Assembly: GCA_050246315.1 (NCBI GenBank)
Contig: JBFWWG010000005.1
Coordinates: 128,001-192,000 of the forward strand
Length of the DNA: 64,000 bases
Reading direction: 5' to 3'
Source of the DNA: Nitrospiraceae bacterium
GTDB taxonomy: Bacteria > Nitrospirota > Nitrospiria > Nitrospirales > Nitrospiraceae
This document shows, piece after piece, positions 30,197 to 40,739 of this stretch. Positions within the stretch are counted from its first letter, which is position 1. Each line of letters begins with the position of its first letter. The translations under genes were made by a program, and so were the position numbers. The notes below the pieces were generated by a model. It saw only the letters and a program-made list of their open reading frames with translations, had not been told where the DNA came from and did no database searches.

Positions 30197-30664
30197 CTAC
30201 CGGTAGATTTGGCAGCTCCCATACAGTTGGCTTATCGTCACCCCGAGAATGAAATCCATATGACGTGAGGTAACAGCAATAAAATCCTTTGCCGCGTTAT
30301 GCCTGAAGAACACTGTGGTGAACGTAAAGTTTCCAATCGGAGTTTCTTCCAGAAAAGTAATACCTCGCTTGCTAGTCAATACAACAACGTCGTCCGCAGC
30401 CTGATTTCCGATCATACGAGCCTTTGGAGCTGTCAGGTCAATTGAGTCGAAATGTAATGTGAGGTCATCACAACCGGTTTCAACAGACAACTTCCCCTCT
30501 TTCCAGCGGCCCGTAGCCGTAACATCGAACACACACTTAAGGGACCTTGCGTTCACAAGTGTGTCAAAGGCTTCATCCGCAGAATAGACTGATTCGGAGA
30601 GCGTTACTGATAGGGCCAAAAGGACTCCAATCATCCCAATAGTTTTTTGATGGCTTCTCGGCAT
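30197..30664 (-). CDS. exported hypothetical protein, AT-richer than its neighbours
   Basis: signal peptide; 155 aa; Cys near both ends. Confidence 0.75.
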   Translation of the reverse strand: MPRSHQKTIGMIGVLLALSVTLSESVYSADEAFDTLVNARSLKCVFDVTATGRWKEGKLSVETGCDDLTLHFDSIDLTAPKARMIGNQAADDVVVLTSKRGITFLEETPIGNFTFTTVFFRHNAAKDFIAVTSRHMDFILGVTISQLYGSCQIYR

Positions 30665-30788
30665 GGCGAGTCTCCCTCTTCCCTCTCATCTCTGAGCTCG
30701 GATTGGCTCTGTGTATCCTGTGGATCTGTGATACTGTGGCATTCGATTATAGACCGGTCTAGGTTTAGAAGGGGATGAGTAATACTCA

Positions 30789-30940
30789 GTGAAACCACCC
30801 ACCATCGTCACCATCGAGAAGCTTGTGCAGGGTGGCTACGGCCTTGCGCAGCAGGACGGGCGTACGATCTTTGGCCAAGGCACCGTCCCGGTGAGACGGT
30901 CGAGATCTTCGCGGAGAAGAGCCACAAGCAGTTTCCGATT
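30789..30940 (+). pseudogene. frameshifted N-terminal TRAM-domain relic of an rlmD-like gene
   Basis: IVTIEKLVQGGYGLA..DGRTIF..GTVP, then PGETVEI in a shifted frame; similar to the N-terminus of the 32346 ORF. Confidence 0.65.
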
Positions 30941-31056
30941 CAAGACCCTGCGAGGCTCGCCATCGACTGTCATTCCATTTTCATCGACACCTTCATCCTG
31001 AAAAGGGCCGGTGTTACACTACAAAGAGCGCCGGAGCTTCAAGAAACCTACCGCCT

Positions 31057-32265
31057 ATGCGTCAGAACACCGCAGTCATAGAATTGGCCCACTTCGAGGT
31101 GTCAGCGGAGCGCGGATTCCTCCCCGCGCGCGATCCTCTTTCCAGCTTTCCAGGCTTGCAGGATTCCCCGCTCGAAGTGCAGGTTCGGGAGTTGCCGAAA
31201 CTGTTGGCCGCGCGCCGGCTGCGGGACTATGTGGACGGCCACCTCGTGAGCGGGCCGGACGAGCAAGGCCGGTGGACTGAGGATGAATACCGTGCGGCGG
31301 CGCGCATCTTGTCGTTCACCGGTCAGGCCTACGTGTGGGAGAAGCCGCAGCATCCGGCAACGAGGCTGCCCTCGCATCTCGCGAAGCCGTGGCATCGGGT
31401 GCTGGCGCAATTGGGAAGGCCGCCGGTTCTCTCCTATGCGTCATATTGTCTCGATAATTGGCGGCGGTTGGACCAGGCGCGTCCGATTGAGCTGGGTAAC
31501 CTCGCGCTGCTTCAAAATTTCCTTGGAGGATTGGACGAGGAGTGGTTCGTTCTGGTGCATGTAGAGATTGAAGCGAGGGCTGGCGCCGCCCTTGCCGGGC
31601 TTGCGCGGGCCCTTTATGCCGTGCAACTAAATCAGCCCGACGAGGTACTTCAGGGATTGGAGAACGCGGCGACCGCCATGGAGGGGATGTGCCGGACTCT
31701 CGATCGGATGCCGGAGCAATGTGATCCGTATATCTATTTCAATCGCGTGCGGCCCTACATCCATGGATGGAAGGATCACCCCGCTTTGCCGGAGGGGCTT
31801 TTCTACGAAGGCGTTGAAGCCTATCACGGTCGGCCACAGCAGTTTCGCGGGGAGACCGGCGCACAGAGCTCCATCGTGCCGACGCTGGATGCGGCGCTCG
31901 GGGTCGTGCACGCAGATGACCCGCTGCGGCAATACCTGATCGAGATGCGAACCTATATGCCGCCCCGTCATCGTGCCTTTATCGAAGCGTGGGAACAGTT
32001 GCGGGATAGTCAGGGGCGCTCCCTGTTGTGCCGGTACGTGCAGGAGAAACGATCGAGCGAGCCTCAGCTCTGGGACAGTTTCCGCGCCTGCGTGCAAGGA
32101 CTCTGCCGGTTCAGGCAGACGCATCTGGACTATGCCGATCGGTACATTCAACGGCAGAGTCAGCGGACATCGAGCAACCCCACCGCAGTTGGCACCGGTG
32201 GGACTCCTTTCATGGCCTACCTCAAGAAGCATCTGGACGAAACCACCGCGCTTATTGCAGAGTAA
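31057..32265 (+). CDS. indoleamine 2,3-dioxygenase family heme protein
   Basis: RGFLP, PPVLSYASYCLDNW, DEEWFVLVH, GETGAQSS, MRTYMP..HR.F, FRQTH, GTGGTPF. Confidence 0.9.
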   Translation: MRQNTAVIELAHFEVSAERGFLPARDPLSSFPGLQDSPLEVQVRELPKLLAARRLRDYVDGHLVSGPDEQGRWTEDEYRAAARILSFTGQAYVWEKPQHPATRLPSHLAKPWHRVLAQLGRPPVLSYASYCLDNWRRLDQARPIELGNLALLQNFLGGLDEEWFVLVHVEIEARAGAALAGLARALYAVQLNQPDEVLQGLENAATAMEGMCRTLDRMPEQCDPYIYFNRVRPYIHGWKDHPALPEGLFYEGVEAYHGRPQQFRGETGAQSSIVPTLDAALGVVHADDPLRQYLIEMRTYMPPRHRAFIEAWEQLRDSQGRSLLCRYVQEKRSSEPQLWDSFRACVQGLCRFRQTHLDYADRYIQRQSQRTSSNPTAVGTGGTPFMAYLKKHLDETTALIAE

Positions 32266-32345
32266 CATCCCGCATCATTTCCTTGTCCTTATCGTGAGCC
32301 TCGCGCATTGATCGAAGCGGAGGCGCGGGAGAGAGGTCCGTCTAC

Positions 32346-33641
32346 ATGGGTGAGTCGATCGTGGTGGAGATCGAGAAGTTGGTGCAGAGAGGTTACGGAC
32401 TCGCCCGTTTCGAAGGGCGTACGCTCTTTGTCCGCAGGGCGGTCCCGGAAGAACAGGTCGTCATTCGACTTGGCTCCGCGCAAGGGCAGTATCAAGTGGC
32501 CGAGGTCCAGCGGATCGTGAGGGCTTCGCTGGATCGCGTGACGCCTCCTTGCGACATCTACGGCCGTTGCGGGGGTTGCCAATTCCAGCACCTGGGCTAT
32601 GGGAGCGAGGTGCACTGGAAACGTGAAATCTTGCTGGAGACGCTCAAACGGGTGGGTAAGATTGACGAATTCCCGATACCGAAGGTCATGCCGTCCCCGT
32701 TGGAGTACGGCAGTCGCGGAGCTGTGCGGTTCGGGTTGTTGCGCCGGGGTGAGGGCTTTGCGCTCGGGTTTCATCAGGAAGGGTCGGCCCGGCTGGTTGC
32801 GGTTACGGACTGCCTCCTCCTTGCAACCGTCCTGCGGGAGCAAGTGCGTGTGCTCCAAACGCGACTGGGCACCATGCCCTCGCTGGGATGTCTGGTACGT
32901 TCGATCGAATTGCGAGCCTCCTCGACCTTCGATCAGACCTTGATGATCGTCAGGACCGATGCCTCCCATAAACGGGCTGTCGCCCGGCTGTTGGAATTGG
33001 CTCAGGGGCTGCCGAGTTTGGTGGGATTGGTGATCTTCGGAGAGCGAAACGGACGGGAGGAGCGGTGGATCGAGGGACAGGACTGGATCTCGGAACGATC
33101 CGACGATCTCCTATTTCGGATCGGCGATCGTTCGTTTATGCAGGCAAATTGGGCCGTCACCCAATCCTTGGTGCAGGCGGTCATCGATTGGGTGGAGCCG
33201 ACAGTCGGGCTTCGGGTACTGGAGCTGTATGCGGGCATTGGTGTGCTGGGATTGCCGCTTGCCAGACGAGGTTCGTTGGTCACGCTGGTGGAGAGCAATC
33301 CTTGGGCTTTAGCCGATGCCAGGAGGGCGGCCAAAGGCAATCATATCGGCCGGTGTCGGTTTCGAGTGGCGGCGGTCGAGCAATTCCTGACTACGGAACC
33401 CTCGATGGAGTACGACGTGGTTCTGCTAGATCCGCCCCGCACCGGCTTGAGTCGGGACTGTGTGCAGGGGTTACTTCAGGCCAACGTTGCTCGGGTGCTC
33501 TATGTATCCTGCGATCCGCCGACCCTCGCGCGGGACCTGCGCCGGTTGATCGATGGAGGATACCGCGTTGACCGTCTCCAAGCCTTTGACATGTTCCCGC
33601 GTACGGCCCATCTGGAAACATTGACCGAATTGCACCGCTGA
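32346..33641 (+). CDS. rlmD: 23S rRNA (uracil-C5)-methyltransferase
   Basis: TRAM domain, [37 protein letters not shown]. Confidence 0.93.
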   Translation: MGESIVVEIEKLVQRGYGLARFEGRTLFVRRAVPEEQVVIRLGSAQGQYQVAEVQRIVRASLDRVTPPCDIYGRCGGCQFQHLGYGSEVHWKREILLETLKRVGKIDEFPIPKVMPSPLEYGSRGAVRFGLLRRGEGFALGFHQEGSARLVAVTDCLLLATVLREQVRVLQTRLGTMPSLGCLVRSIELRASSTFDQTLMIVRTDASHKRAVARLLELAQGLPSLVGLVIFGERNGREERWIEGQDWISERSDDLLFRIGDRSFMQANWAVTQSLVQAVIDWVEPTVGLRVLELYAGIGVLGLPLARRGSLVTLVESNPWALADARRAAKGNHIGRCRFRVAAVEQFLTTEPSMEYDVVLLDPPRTGLSRDCVQGLLQANVARVLYVSCDPPTLARDLRRLIDGGYRVDRLQAFDMFPRTAHLETLTELHR

Positions 33642-33712
33642 TCAGGACGATCGACGCGGAACCCTGGTTCTGCGTTGACCTCTTCGGCCTGGACGGCTAC
33701 ACTGCGCCTCCC

Positions 33713-34750
33713 ATGGCGACGTACCGGCAAGCGGGTGTCGATATCGAGGCGGGCAACGAGTTTGTCCGCCGCATCACGCCTCTCGTCCGCTCGACCTTCC
33801 GGCCGGAAGTCCTGACCGACCTCGGTGGATTCGGAGGGCTGTTCCAATTCGATCCGTCTCGGTATCGGCAGCCAGTGCTGGTATCCGGCACGGACGGCGT
33901 GGGGACCAAACTCAAGATCGCCTTCCTGATGGACAAGCACGACACCGTGGGGATCGATCTTGTGGCAATGTCCGTGAACGATATTGCCGTAAGCGGAGCA
34001 GAGCCGCTGTTCTTTCTCGACTACTTTGCCACGGGTAAATTGGCGATCGGCGTCGCCGAGACGGTGGTGCGCGGGATTGCCGAGGGCTGCCGGCAAACCG
34101 GTTGTGCGTTGATCGGGGGAGAGACGGCGGAGATGCCCTCGTTCTATCCGGATGGCGAGTACGACCTTGCCGGGTTTGCCGTGGGGGTGGTGGACCGACC
34201 GAAGATCATCGATGGTCACGACATCACGCCGGGAGATGTGTTGATCGGCCTGGCGTCAACTGGTCTCCACAGCAACGGCTTTTCGCTCGCGCGCCGGGTC
34301 TTACTCGAGGAGGCTGGCCTGACTGTTTCAAGCCGGGTAGAGGATCTCACTCACTCGATCGGCGAAACGTTGCTCGCTCCGACACGGATCTACGTGCGGA
34401 CAATTGCCAAACTCATCGCAGCCCATCGCATCAAGGGCATCGCCCACATCACGGGGGGAGGAATCACGGAAAATCTCCCCCGAGTGTTTCCACAGGGCGT
34501 CCTGGGTCGTGTTCGGCGGTCCAGTTGGACCGTTCCGCCTATTTTTCGCGTGATTCAACGGCTTGGATCTGTTGAGGACGACGAGATGTACCGGGTCTTC
34601 AACATGGGTATCGGCCTGATTCTCGCGGTTCCGGCAGAGGAGGCTGACGGGGTGGTCCTCACTGCCAAGCAGGCGGGAGAAACCGCTTGGCTCATCGGTG
34701 AGGTGACGAGGGGAAGTGCATCCGAGCGGCGAGTAGACTATGTCGGTTAA
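33713..34750 (+). CDS. purM: phosphoribosylformylglycinamidine cyclo-ligase
   Basis: [42 protein letters not shown]. Confidence 0.98.
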   Translation: MATYRQAGVDIEAGNEFVRRITPLVRSTFRPEVLTDLGGFGGLFQFDPSRYRQPVLVSGTDGVGTKLKIAFLMDKHDTVGIDLVAMSVNDIAVSGAEPLFFLDYFATGKLAIGVAETVVRGIAEGCRQTGCALIGGETAEMPSFYPDGEYDLAGFAVGVVDRPKIIDGHDITPGDVLIGLASTGLHSNGFSLARRVLLEEAGLTVSSRVEDLTHSIGETLLAPTRIYVRTIAKLIAAHRIKGIAHITGGGITENLPRVFPQGVLGRVRRSSWTVPPIFRVIQRLGSVEDDEMYRVFNMGIGLILAVPAEEADGVVLTAKQAGETAWLIGEVTRGSASERRVDYVG

Positions 34751-35420
34751 CGGGAAAAGCCAGCGGGTCCGCATCGGCGTGCTCGCGTCAGGGCGGGGAT
34801 CGAACCTCCAGGCGATTATCGATGCGGTCGAGGCCGGCACGGTACAGGCCCAAATCGTCGTGGTGATCAGCAACAAGCGGGACGCGGCGGCGCTCGAACG
34901 GGCGCGACGGCATGGCGTTCACGATGTGTTCGTCGATCCCAAACCCTTTGCCGGACAACCGGACAGCCGCGAAGCCTATGATCGAGCGGTGCTTGATGTG
35001 TTGCATAAGTACGAGGTCGAACTGGTGCTGTTGGCCGGTTATATGAAAATCGTGACGTCGGTGTTGATCCAGGCTTTTGAGAACCGCATCATGAACATCC
35101 ATCCGTCCCTGTTGCCTGCCTTTCCGGGATTAGATGTGCAGAAGAAGGCGTTGGAATGGGGCGTCAAGGTCGCCGGTTGCACCGTGCACTTTGTCACGCC
35201 GGGAGTCGATGAGGGGCCGATCATCATTCAAGCCGCGATTCCGGTCTTGGACCAGGATTCGCCGGAGACTTTGGCCGCCAGGATTCTGGCAGAGGAGCAT
35301 CGAATCTATCCCAAGGCCGTGCAGCTCTACGCAGAAGGCCGATTGCAGGTCGAGGGACGGCGGGTTCGAGTGGCGGGGCTGCCGGAGGCGACCACAAAAG
35401 CATTGCTGAATCCTTCCTGA
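34740..35420 (+). CDS. purN: phosphoribosylglycinamide formyltransferase
   Basis: [37 protein letters not shown]. Confidence 0.98.
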   Translation: MSVNGKSQRVRIGVLASGRGSNLQAIIDAVEAGTVQAQIVVVISNKRDAAALERARRHGVHDVFVDPKPFAGQPDSREAYDRAVLDVLHKYEVELVLLAGYMKIVTSVLIQAFENRIMNIHPSLLPAFPGLDVQKKALEWGVKVAGCTVHFVTPGVDEGPIIIQAAIPVLDQDSPETLAARILAEEHRIYPKAVQLYAEGRLQVEGRRVRVAGLPEATTKALLNPS

Positions 35421-35663
35421 TCCTGACGGCTTTCCTGCATCCGAAACAGGAAACCAAAACAGGAATGGTGCTGTCAGGAAGGCCGACAGAGAGGTGGAGG
35501 TTTCGGGTAGCGGCTTGCCTGGTCGCTCGTGTATAATCCGACCACGAAATTCGCACCGAGTGCCGATCTTCCTCCCCGTCTCCTCCGCAGCTTGGGTTGC
35601 CGCGGCAATTCAGCCTCGGCCGTGCCTGCGGTCAAGAAGGACGGCACTCGGTCATCCCAAGGT

Positions 35664-35739
35664 GGGGGGCTAGCTCAGCTGGGAGAGCACTACGTTCGCA
35701 ACGTAGGGGTCGCGGGTTCGACTCCCGTGCCCTCCACCA
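35664..35739 (+). tRNA. tRNA-Ala(CGC)
   Basis: 76-nt cloverleaf, G3:U70 pair, anticodon loop TTCGCAA, GTTCGA T-loop, encoded CCA. Confidence 0.97.
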
Positions 35740-35910
35740 TACCTTGCTTGCCTAGTACCGCGGGCTCATCAGGCGCAGCCTTCTTCCTTGCGCCCGCAGA
35801 TAGACATCTCCAGTGAATTCGTTTTCTTGGTTTAACCTGCCAACCTTCGGTTGATGCGGCGGCTCTTCAGATGAGGCCTCTTATCCTTACCGCCGGAGGG
35901 ACAGCTTCAG
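35740..35910. repeat. tRNA-linked degenerate hairpin repeats (2 units)
   Basis: GGCTCATCAG at 35763 and GGCTCTTCAG at 35861, each inside a GC-rich stem; homologous to 58190-58452. Confidence 0.65.
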
Positions 35911-36574
35911 TCCAGCCCATCCTATTCCAATCCGCATTTCGTGAGATCCGGCGTCGATTCAACGGTATATCGCTGTTGACCTCGGCCGATCGACACCGAT
36001 AGGGTCCGTCTTAGAGGCCTGATTGCCTTTACCCTTCCACGAGTGTGGACACCTCGATGATCTCGGAATCGGCGCTAAGATCTTGCGGTTGCTGGCCGAG
36101 TCATTCGTCACGATCCTACAGGTATCCGGCCATGCCAAGAACGCGGCAAGCGGTTGGTGCATCTAATCCAGCGAGAGGTCCCCGTCTGGAAGGACGGGGT
36201 GAGGGCATGGTTCAGCGCTTTGCGCTGGACAAGTGCAGCTTGCATTGGAAGGAGACTTCGCCGGTCAGGGCGGGGTCTTCATGGCGAAACTCGCCAGTCC
36301 GCTTGTTTCATCGTCGGCGAGGGAAGACCTGACCTTATTTTGGCATCCCTGATCTGAGCGAGTGATGATAACCGCGTTGACTAATCGGTTGTCTGTGACC
36401 GCCGAGGAATGAACGGAAAAGAGCGAATTCGCACCGTCAGAACCGTGCGAAATCACACATTGAGGGAATTCTTCAAGGCGTGCACGGTATGTGCCTGGCC
36501 AGGCGGCGACCTGGCGCGACAGTTGCTCAATCATGCTGGGGTACCTGGTTCTGAGCCCTGCCAGTGTCTAAACA

Positions 36575-37177
36575 ATGAGAGAATTTTTGCAACCACTGGG
36601 TCTTCTCCTCATGGCAGGATGTGCTACGGCAATGCCGGCGTTGCCGGACTTGCCGAGGCATGTGGAGCGTGTCCCTCCAGGGACTGCAGTTGTCGTTGGC
36701 CATGTCATCACGGTTCTGCTCGGCCCTACAACCCGGATCTATAATCCGACATTGCATTTTTTTGAATTGATGAACAGCAACACACATGACCGGATTCGGG
36801 TCGACCTGAGCAGCGATGATGCTTGGTTTGTGCTCCCACTACCGGTGGGAAGCTACGAGGTCACCCTGCTCCAAATTGCGGAAGGCGCATTTTTGGCGAA
36901 TGCCGGCCTTAACTCGCGGTTTCATGTGGAAGAAGGCCTCACATTCGTCGGAACGTGGCGCCTGGGAATTGAATCTCCTCAATATGATCGGGAGGTTATC
37001 ATCTCAGTCGTGACAGACAATGAAGTTCACATCCGTGAGAAACTTGCTCCGTATTATTCGGTGATCGATCAATCTCTTGCCTTCAATCTGCTCAGTCCAG
37101 CAACCTCCGAGACCAGACTGTATGAGGTTCCACCGTATCCTCGATACTGGTGGTTTAAGCGCCATCATACCTCGTAG
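36575..37177 (+). CDS. lipoprotein of unknown function
   Basis: LLLMAGC lipobox; 200 aa. Confidence 0.8.
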   Translation: MREFLQPLGLLLMAGCATAMPALPDLPRHVERVPPGTAVVVGHVITVLLGPTTRIYNPTLHFFELMNSNTHDRIRVDLSSDDAWFVLPLPVGSYEVTLLQIAEGAFLANAGLNSRFHVEEGLTFVGTWRLGIESPQYDREVIISVVTDNEVHIREKLAPYYSVIDQSLAFNLLSPATSETRLYEVPPYPRYWWFKRHHTS

Positions 37178-37260
37178 CTCGACACGATCTGTATCCTGTC
37201 ATTGAGGTCGAATGGGCGGTCACCCAAATTCGCCCTCGGGGTATGGATATTGCTTTATCC

Positions 37261-37291
37261 TAATACTAGAACTCGTTCTCAATTTCAATTT
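37261..37291. promoter_or_regulatory. candidate Fur-family box
   Basis: AT-rich TAATACTAGAACTCGTTCTCAATTTCAATT with an AGAAC/GTTCT inverted repeat; imperfect match to Fur-type boxes. Confidence 0.35.
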
Positions 37292-37301
37292 GAGCCGCAG
37301 C

Positions 37302-37484
37302 ATGAACAAGAGGCCGTGTCACGAAATGTGCTGCCTTTGCGGGCGTCTTGTTGCGAGGTGGGAGAAGAGCGGCATTGAGTTGAAGTGTAAGCGCTGTAAA
37401 CGAATCGTGGTGGTTCGAGTCGAGGGTACCCAGTCAGCGAGATTACCCCGCACAGATCCCGCAGGAGATTCAGAAGTCATGTAA
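37302..37484 (+). CDS. Mu Com-like Cys4 metal-ribbon mini-protein (60 aa)
   Basis: EMCCLCGRLVAR...IELKCKRCKRI matches the Com pattern CxxCxKLLA...IEIKCPRC. Confidence 0.65.
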   Translation: MNKRPCHEMCCLCGRLVARWEKSGIELKCKRCKRIVVVRVEGTQSARLPRTDPAGDSEVM

Positions 37485-37554
37485 TCGAGAAGAAGCGGTC
37501 TCAACTCTAGAGGACCATTGCGTCCCAGCAGATTTCCTATGAAAGGAGGAATCG

Positions 37555-39012
37555 ATGGGACGCGTATGGGTTGTTGTGATGTTGTTGTGTTTCGGTATGC
37601 TGAGCGGCCAAATTGTAGCTGCGGAGGATGTCGACGAGCGGTTGAAGAAGTTGGAGGAAGCCGTTGAACAGATGAAGCAGCGAGAATCACGCGAACGAGA
37701 GGTAGAGGGACAGCCCCCGGCGACGCATCCGGGTGAGACGCCGAACCTCCAACAGATGTCGGCTGAGGGGCAGGGCGCTGAGCGCAAATATGGGTCAATT
37801 ATGCAGGGGTCGGGAAAATTGATTTACGCCAAACCCTTCGTGACAAGTCCAAAGGCCATCGTGGGCGGGTATATGGACGTTGAGTACATCAATCGCGCTC
37901 ATCAGGGAACGCCCAGCACTATCGATGTGCATCGGTTTGTCCCGTTCATTTACGCTGACGTGAGCGAGCACGTCAAGATGGCCGCTGAGATCGAAATTGA
38001 ACATGGCATTTTGGAGAGCTCCTCGGTGCCGCACAGTGAAGTCAGCCTGGAGTTCGCCACGCTTGATTTCTTGATGAATGAAAAAATCAACCTCAGAGCC
38101 GGTATCATTCTGTTGCCGGTCGGCAAATTCAATCTGATCCATGACGCGCCATTGCGCGATCTCACGGAGCGGCCGCTGGTCACCCAGTTGCTGTATGGGT
38201 CGGTCTTGGCAGAGACCGGAGCCGGGTTCTACGGCACCTTCTATCCCTCTGCGCGGTCGAAGCTCGACTACGAGTTGTATGTCACGACCGGGTACAACGG
38301 CTATGGTAATTGTCAAGCAGGAAGCGCACAGGCCAATAGCCTTAACTGTGTCGCTCAAATCACGGAGCTGTCAGGTGTGGCCAATGCACGTCAACGGAAG
38401 TCCGACATCAGCAACGGGTTCGATAACAACAACGGCAAGGCGGTCGTCGGCAGGGCGGCCTTCAGTCCATTCCTGGGTGCCGAAGTGGGTCTCTCAGGCC
38501 ATTACGGCACGTATGACCCATTTGGGCAACGTCATTTGGGCATCTGGGCCGTGGACTGGACACTTGTCCGTGGTCCGCTGGAAATCATCGGAGAATCCAT
38601 CTGGACCTACGCACAGGACAATGCGTTGAACCTAAACGGCACTGCATGTACGAACGCCACCTCCATCGGTGGTATGGCGCCGGGGCACTTCTGTCCCCAG
38701 CGGATGCAAGGGTATTACATCCAGAGCAACTATCATTTTCTGCCACAGTGGATGACCAGGCTCGCGCCTTCCTTTTTCCGGCCGGAGATCTCGACGCTGA
38801 CAGCCATGGTGCGATGGGAGCAAGTAAATACGAATAAGGATATGGGAGGTGGGCTCGGAGATCTTCAGCGACTCACGTTGGGACTCAATTACCGACCAAC
38901 GGAAGATACTGTTTTCAAATTTGATTATCAGTATAGTCCGGAGGCGGTGAACCGGAACTTGCAGCGGATTCATGACACAGCCGTGCTGCTGTCAGTCGCC
39001 ACGTACTTCTAA
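37555..39012 (+). CDS. outer-membrane porin-like beta-barrel with N-terminal coiled coil
   Basis: AAGGAGG RBS, signal peptide, coiled coil, EIEIEH, PVGKFNLIH, alternating beta strands, C-terminal SVATYF. Confidence 0.8.
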   Translation: MGRVWVVVMLLCFGMLSGQIVAAEDVDERLKKLEEAVEQMKQRESREREVEGQPPATHPGETPNLQQMSAEGQGAERKYGSIMQGSGKLIYAKPFVTSPKAIVGGYMDVEYINRAHQGTPSTIDVHRFVPFIYADVSEHVKMAAEIEIEHGILESSSVPHSEVSLEFATLDFLMNEKINLRAGIILLPVGKFNLIHDAPLRDLTERPLVTQLLYGSVLAETGAGFYGTFYPSARSKLDYELYVTTGYNGYGNCQAGSAQANSLNCVAQITELSGVANARQRKSDISNGFDNNNGKAVVGRAAFSPFLGAEVGLSGHYGTYDPFGQRHLGIWAVDWTLVRGPLEIIGESIWTYAQDNALNLNGTACTNATSIGGMAPGHFCPQRMQGYYIQSNYHFLPQWMTRLAPSFFRPEISTLTAMVRWEQVNTNKDMGGGLGDLQRLTLGLNYRPTEDTVFKFDYQYSPEAVNRNLQRIHDTAVLLSVATYF

Positions 39013-39074
39013 GCGGGAGTCGAGATTGACCGACCGTCCAGGCCCATCATGTCACGGATGAAGAAAGGCGCTAT

Positions 39075-39539
39075 ATGAGAAGTCGTCTCATCGTGGTGAT
39101 CGGTCTCAGCGCGCTGTTCGCAGGGTGTGCGCTGTTTCCGAAGGATCATTACGACCATTACCTGGTGTGTCCCTATGACACCGTGTGGACCGCCGCCACT
39201 TACACCATGAATATTTTCCCGCCCAAGAAGCAGGATAAAGATGCTGGCGTGATTGAAACGGGCTGGACTGAGATGGGAGGCGACATGCGCGCAGGATACG
39301 GAATCTTTCGGCGCACAACCACGGGATTTGGCAATAAAGAACGTGCGCGAATGATCTTGACCGTGAAGAGGGTCGATGAGGTGACGAAGGTGGAGTTGAT
39401 TGAAAATAGGGAGCGGTGGCATCTCAAGGGTGGTGTGACGAGTCAGGCGACTCGGTGGTGGCCGATCGAGCCGTCTGAGGAGGCGCTGGCGGCGGTCATG
39501 ACCCGCCTGAACACCAAGCTAAAGGATCAAGGATGTTGA
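39075..39539 (+). CDS. lipoprotein (BamC-like helix-grip features)
   Basis: LFAGC lipobox; PYDTVW, DKDAGVIETGW. Confidence 0.75.
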   Translation: MRSRLIVVIGLSALFAGCALFPKDHYDHYLVCPYDTVWTAATYTMNIFPPKKQDKDAGVIETGWTEMGGDMRAGYGIFRRTTTGFGNKERARMILTVKRVDEVTKVELIENRERWHLKGGVTSQATRWWPIEPSEEALAAVMTRLNTKLKDQGC

Positions 39540-40216
39540 CCTTCATCGCCTATCACCTTGGGACTCTCGCCGTGGTGAGCCTTCTGAGCGCCACCTCCCT
39601 CTGGGCTGAGCAAGTCTGGGACGCCGAGTTGAAACGCTATTTGACCCCTCAGGAAATGGGGCAGGAGGATGTTTACCTCACGGAAGACGAAGCGGCTCGG
39701 CTGATGTTTCCGAAATCCGATCGTATCGGTCGAGAGGTCATGCGGTTGCCTCCTGAAAAGAAACAGATCGTCGAAGAACGCATTGGGTGGCATTTCCCAG
39801 AAGAACAATTCACGGTCTTTATCGGAAGGACGGAGGATAGGATTGACGGATATGCTGTGGTTCAGAACACCATCGGCAAGCATAAGCCGATCACGTATAT
39901 GGTGGGCGTCGATCCCAACGGCGAAGTGCTGAATATCGAAGTGCTAGTGTATCGAGAATCACGTGGAAGCGAAGTGCGCACCAAACGGTTCAATGCTCAA
40001 TACGAAGGGAAAACGGTTTTCGACCCGATACGGATGAACAAAGACATTATTAGTATCAGCGGGGCCACGATGTCTGTCCGCTCCCTCAGTGCGGGGGTCA
40101 AGCGGGCGCTCGTCATTGTCGATGAGATCTATCTCAAACCACTCGGAAACGGCAGTGACAGCGCACATGTTCAAAAGCGTCAGCAGGGCTTTTGGAAAGA
40201 CCTCTTCGGGTTTTAG
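39533..40216 (+). CDS. exported FMN-binding domain protein
   Basis: GKHKPITYMVGV, YRESRGSEV, flavinylation motif ISGATMS. Confidence 0.88.
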   Translation: MLTFIAYHLGTLAVVSLLSATSLWAEQVWDAELKRYLTPQEMGQEDVYLTEDEAARLMFPKSDRIGREVMRLPPEKKQIVEERIGWHFPEEQFTVFIGRTEDRIDGYAVVQNTIGKHKPITYMVGVDPNGEVLNIEVLVYRESRGSEVRTKRFNAQYEGKTVFDPIRMNKDIISISGATMSVRSLSAGVKRALVIVDEIYLKPLGNGSDSAHVQKRQQGFWKDLFGF

Positions 40217-40235
40217 TTGCGTTGAGATCGCATCG

Positions 40236-40739
40236 ATGCGGAATTTTAATTCGCGTTTCCGACTCCGTGATACGGACCGACACATCCGCCTCCTCTACAC
40301 CTTCTTCCTCTTCTGCATGTTCGGCGGGTTTATGTTCAGCGTGTTTTGGGCGCACAGTATGACGGGACTCTCTCCCCAGGGCATTGCTGATCACTATCTC
40401 GGTTCCGACGCGACGTTTGGCGAGCCGATGTCGTTTCGAGAATTGGCGGAAATCACGCATTTTCACTTGTTTACCATGCCTGTTGTGTTCATGATTCTAG
40501 TTCATGTGTTGTACCTGACCAAGGCAAGCAATCGAACGAAGGTGTGGATGACGTGGGCAGGATTCGGTGGGGTTCTGCTCGATGTGATCTCACCGTGGTT
40601 GATCAGCTACGTCTCGCCGGTCTTCGTCATCACGATGCTGACAGGAGACGTGCTCATGGTTGTTAGTTTCTTGGTGATGATGGTGATTCCGATGTATGAA
40701 ATGTGGGTTCATCAAGCACCGCTGATGGGCTCCAAATGA
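40236..40739 (+). CDS. 4-TM membrane protein with His residues (possible heme b)
   Basis: 167 aa; THFHLF and LVH; ATGA-coupled to apbE. Confidence 0.75.
   Translation: MRNFNSRFRLRDTDRHIRLLYTFFLFCMFGGFMFSVFWAHSMTGLSPQGIADHYLGSDATFGEPMSFRELAEITHFHLFTMPVVFMILVHVLYLTKASNRTKVWMTWAGFGGVLLDVISPWLISYVSPVFVITMLTGDVLMVVSFLVMMVIPMYEMWVHQAPLMGSK

Noticed and set aside
30151..30664. Solo integron cassette around the AT-rich exported ORF
   Set aside because: No complete attC (paired R''/R' and L boxes) downstream of its stop.
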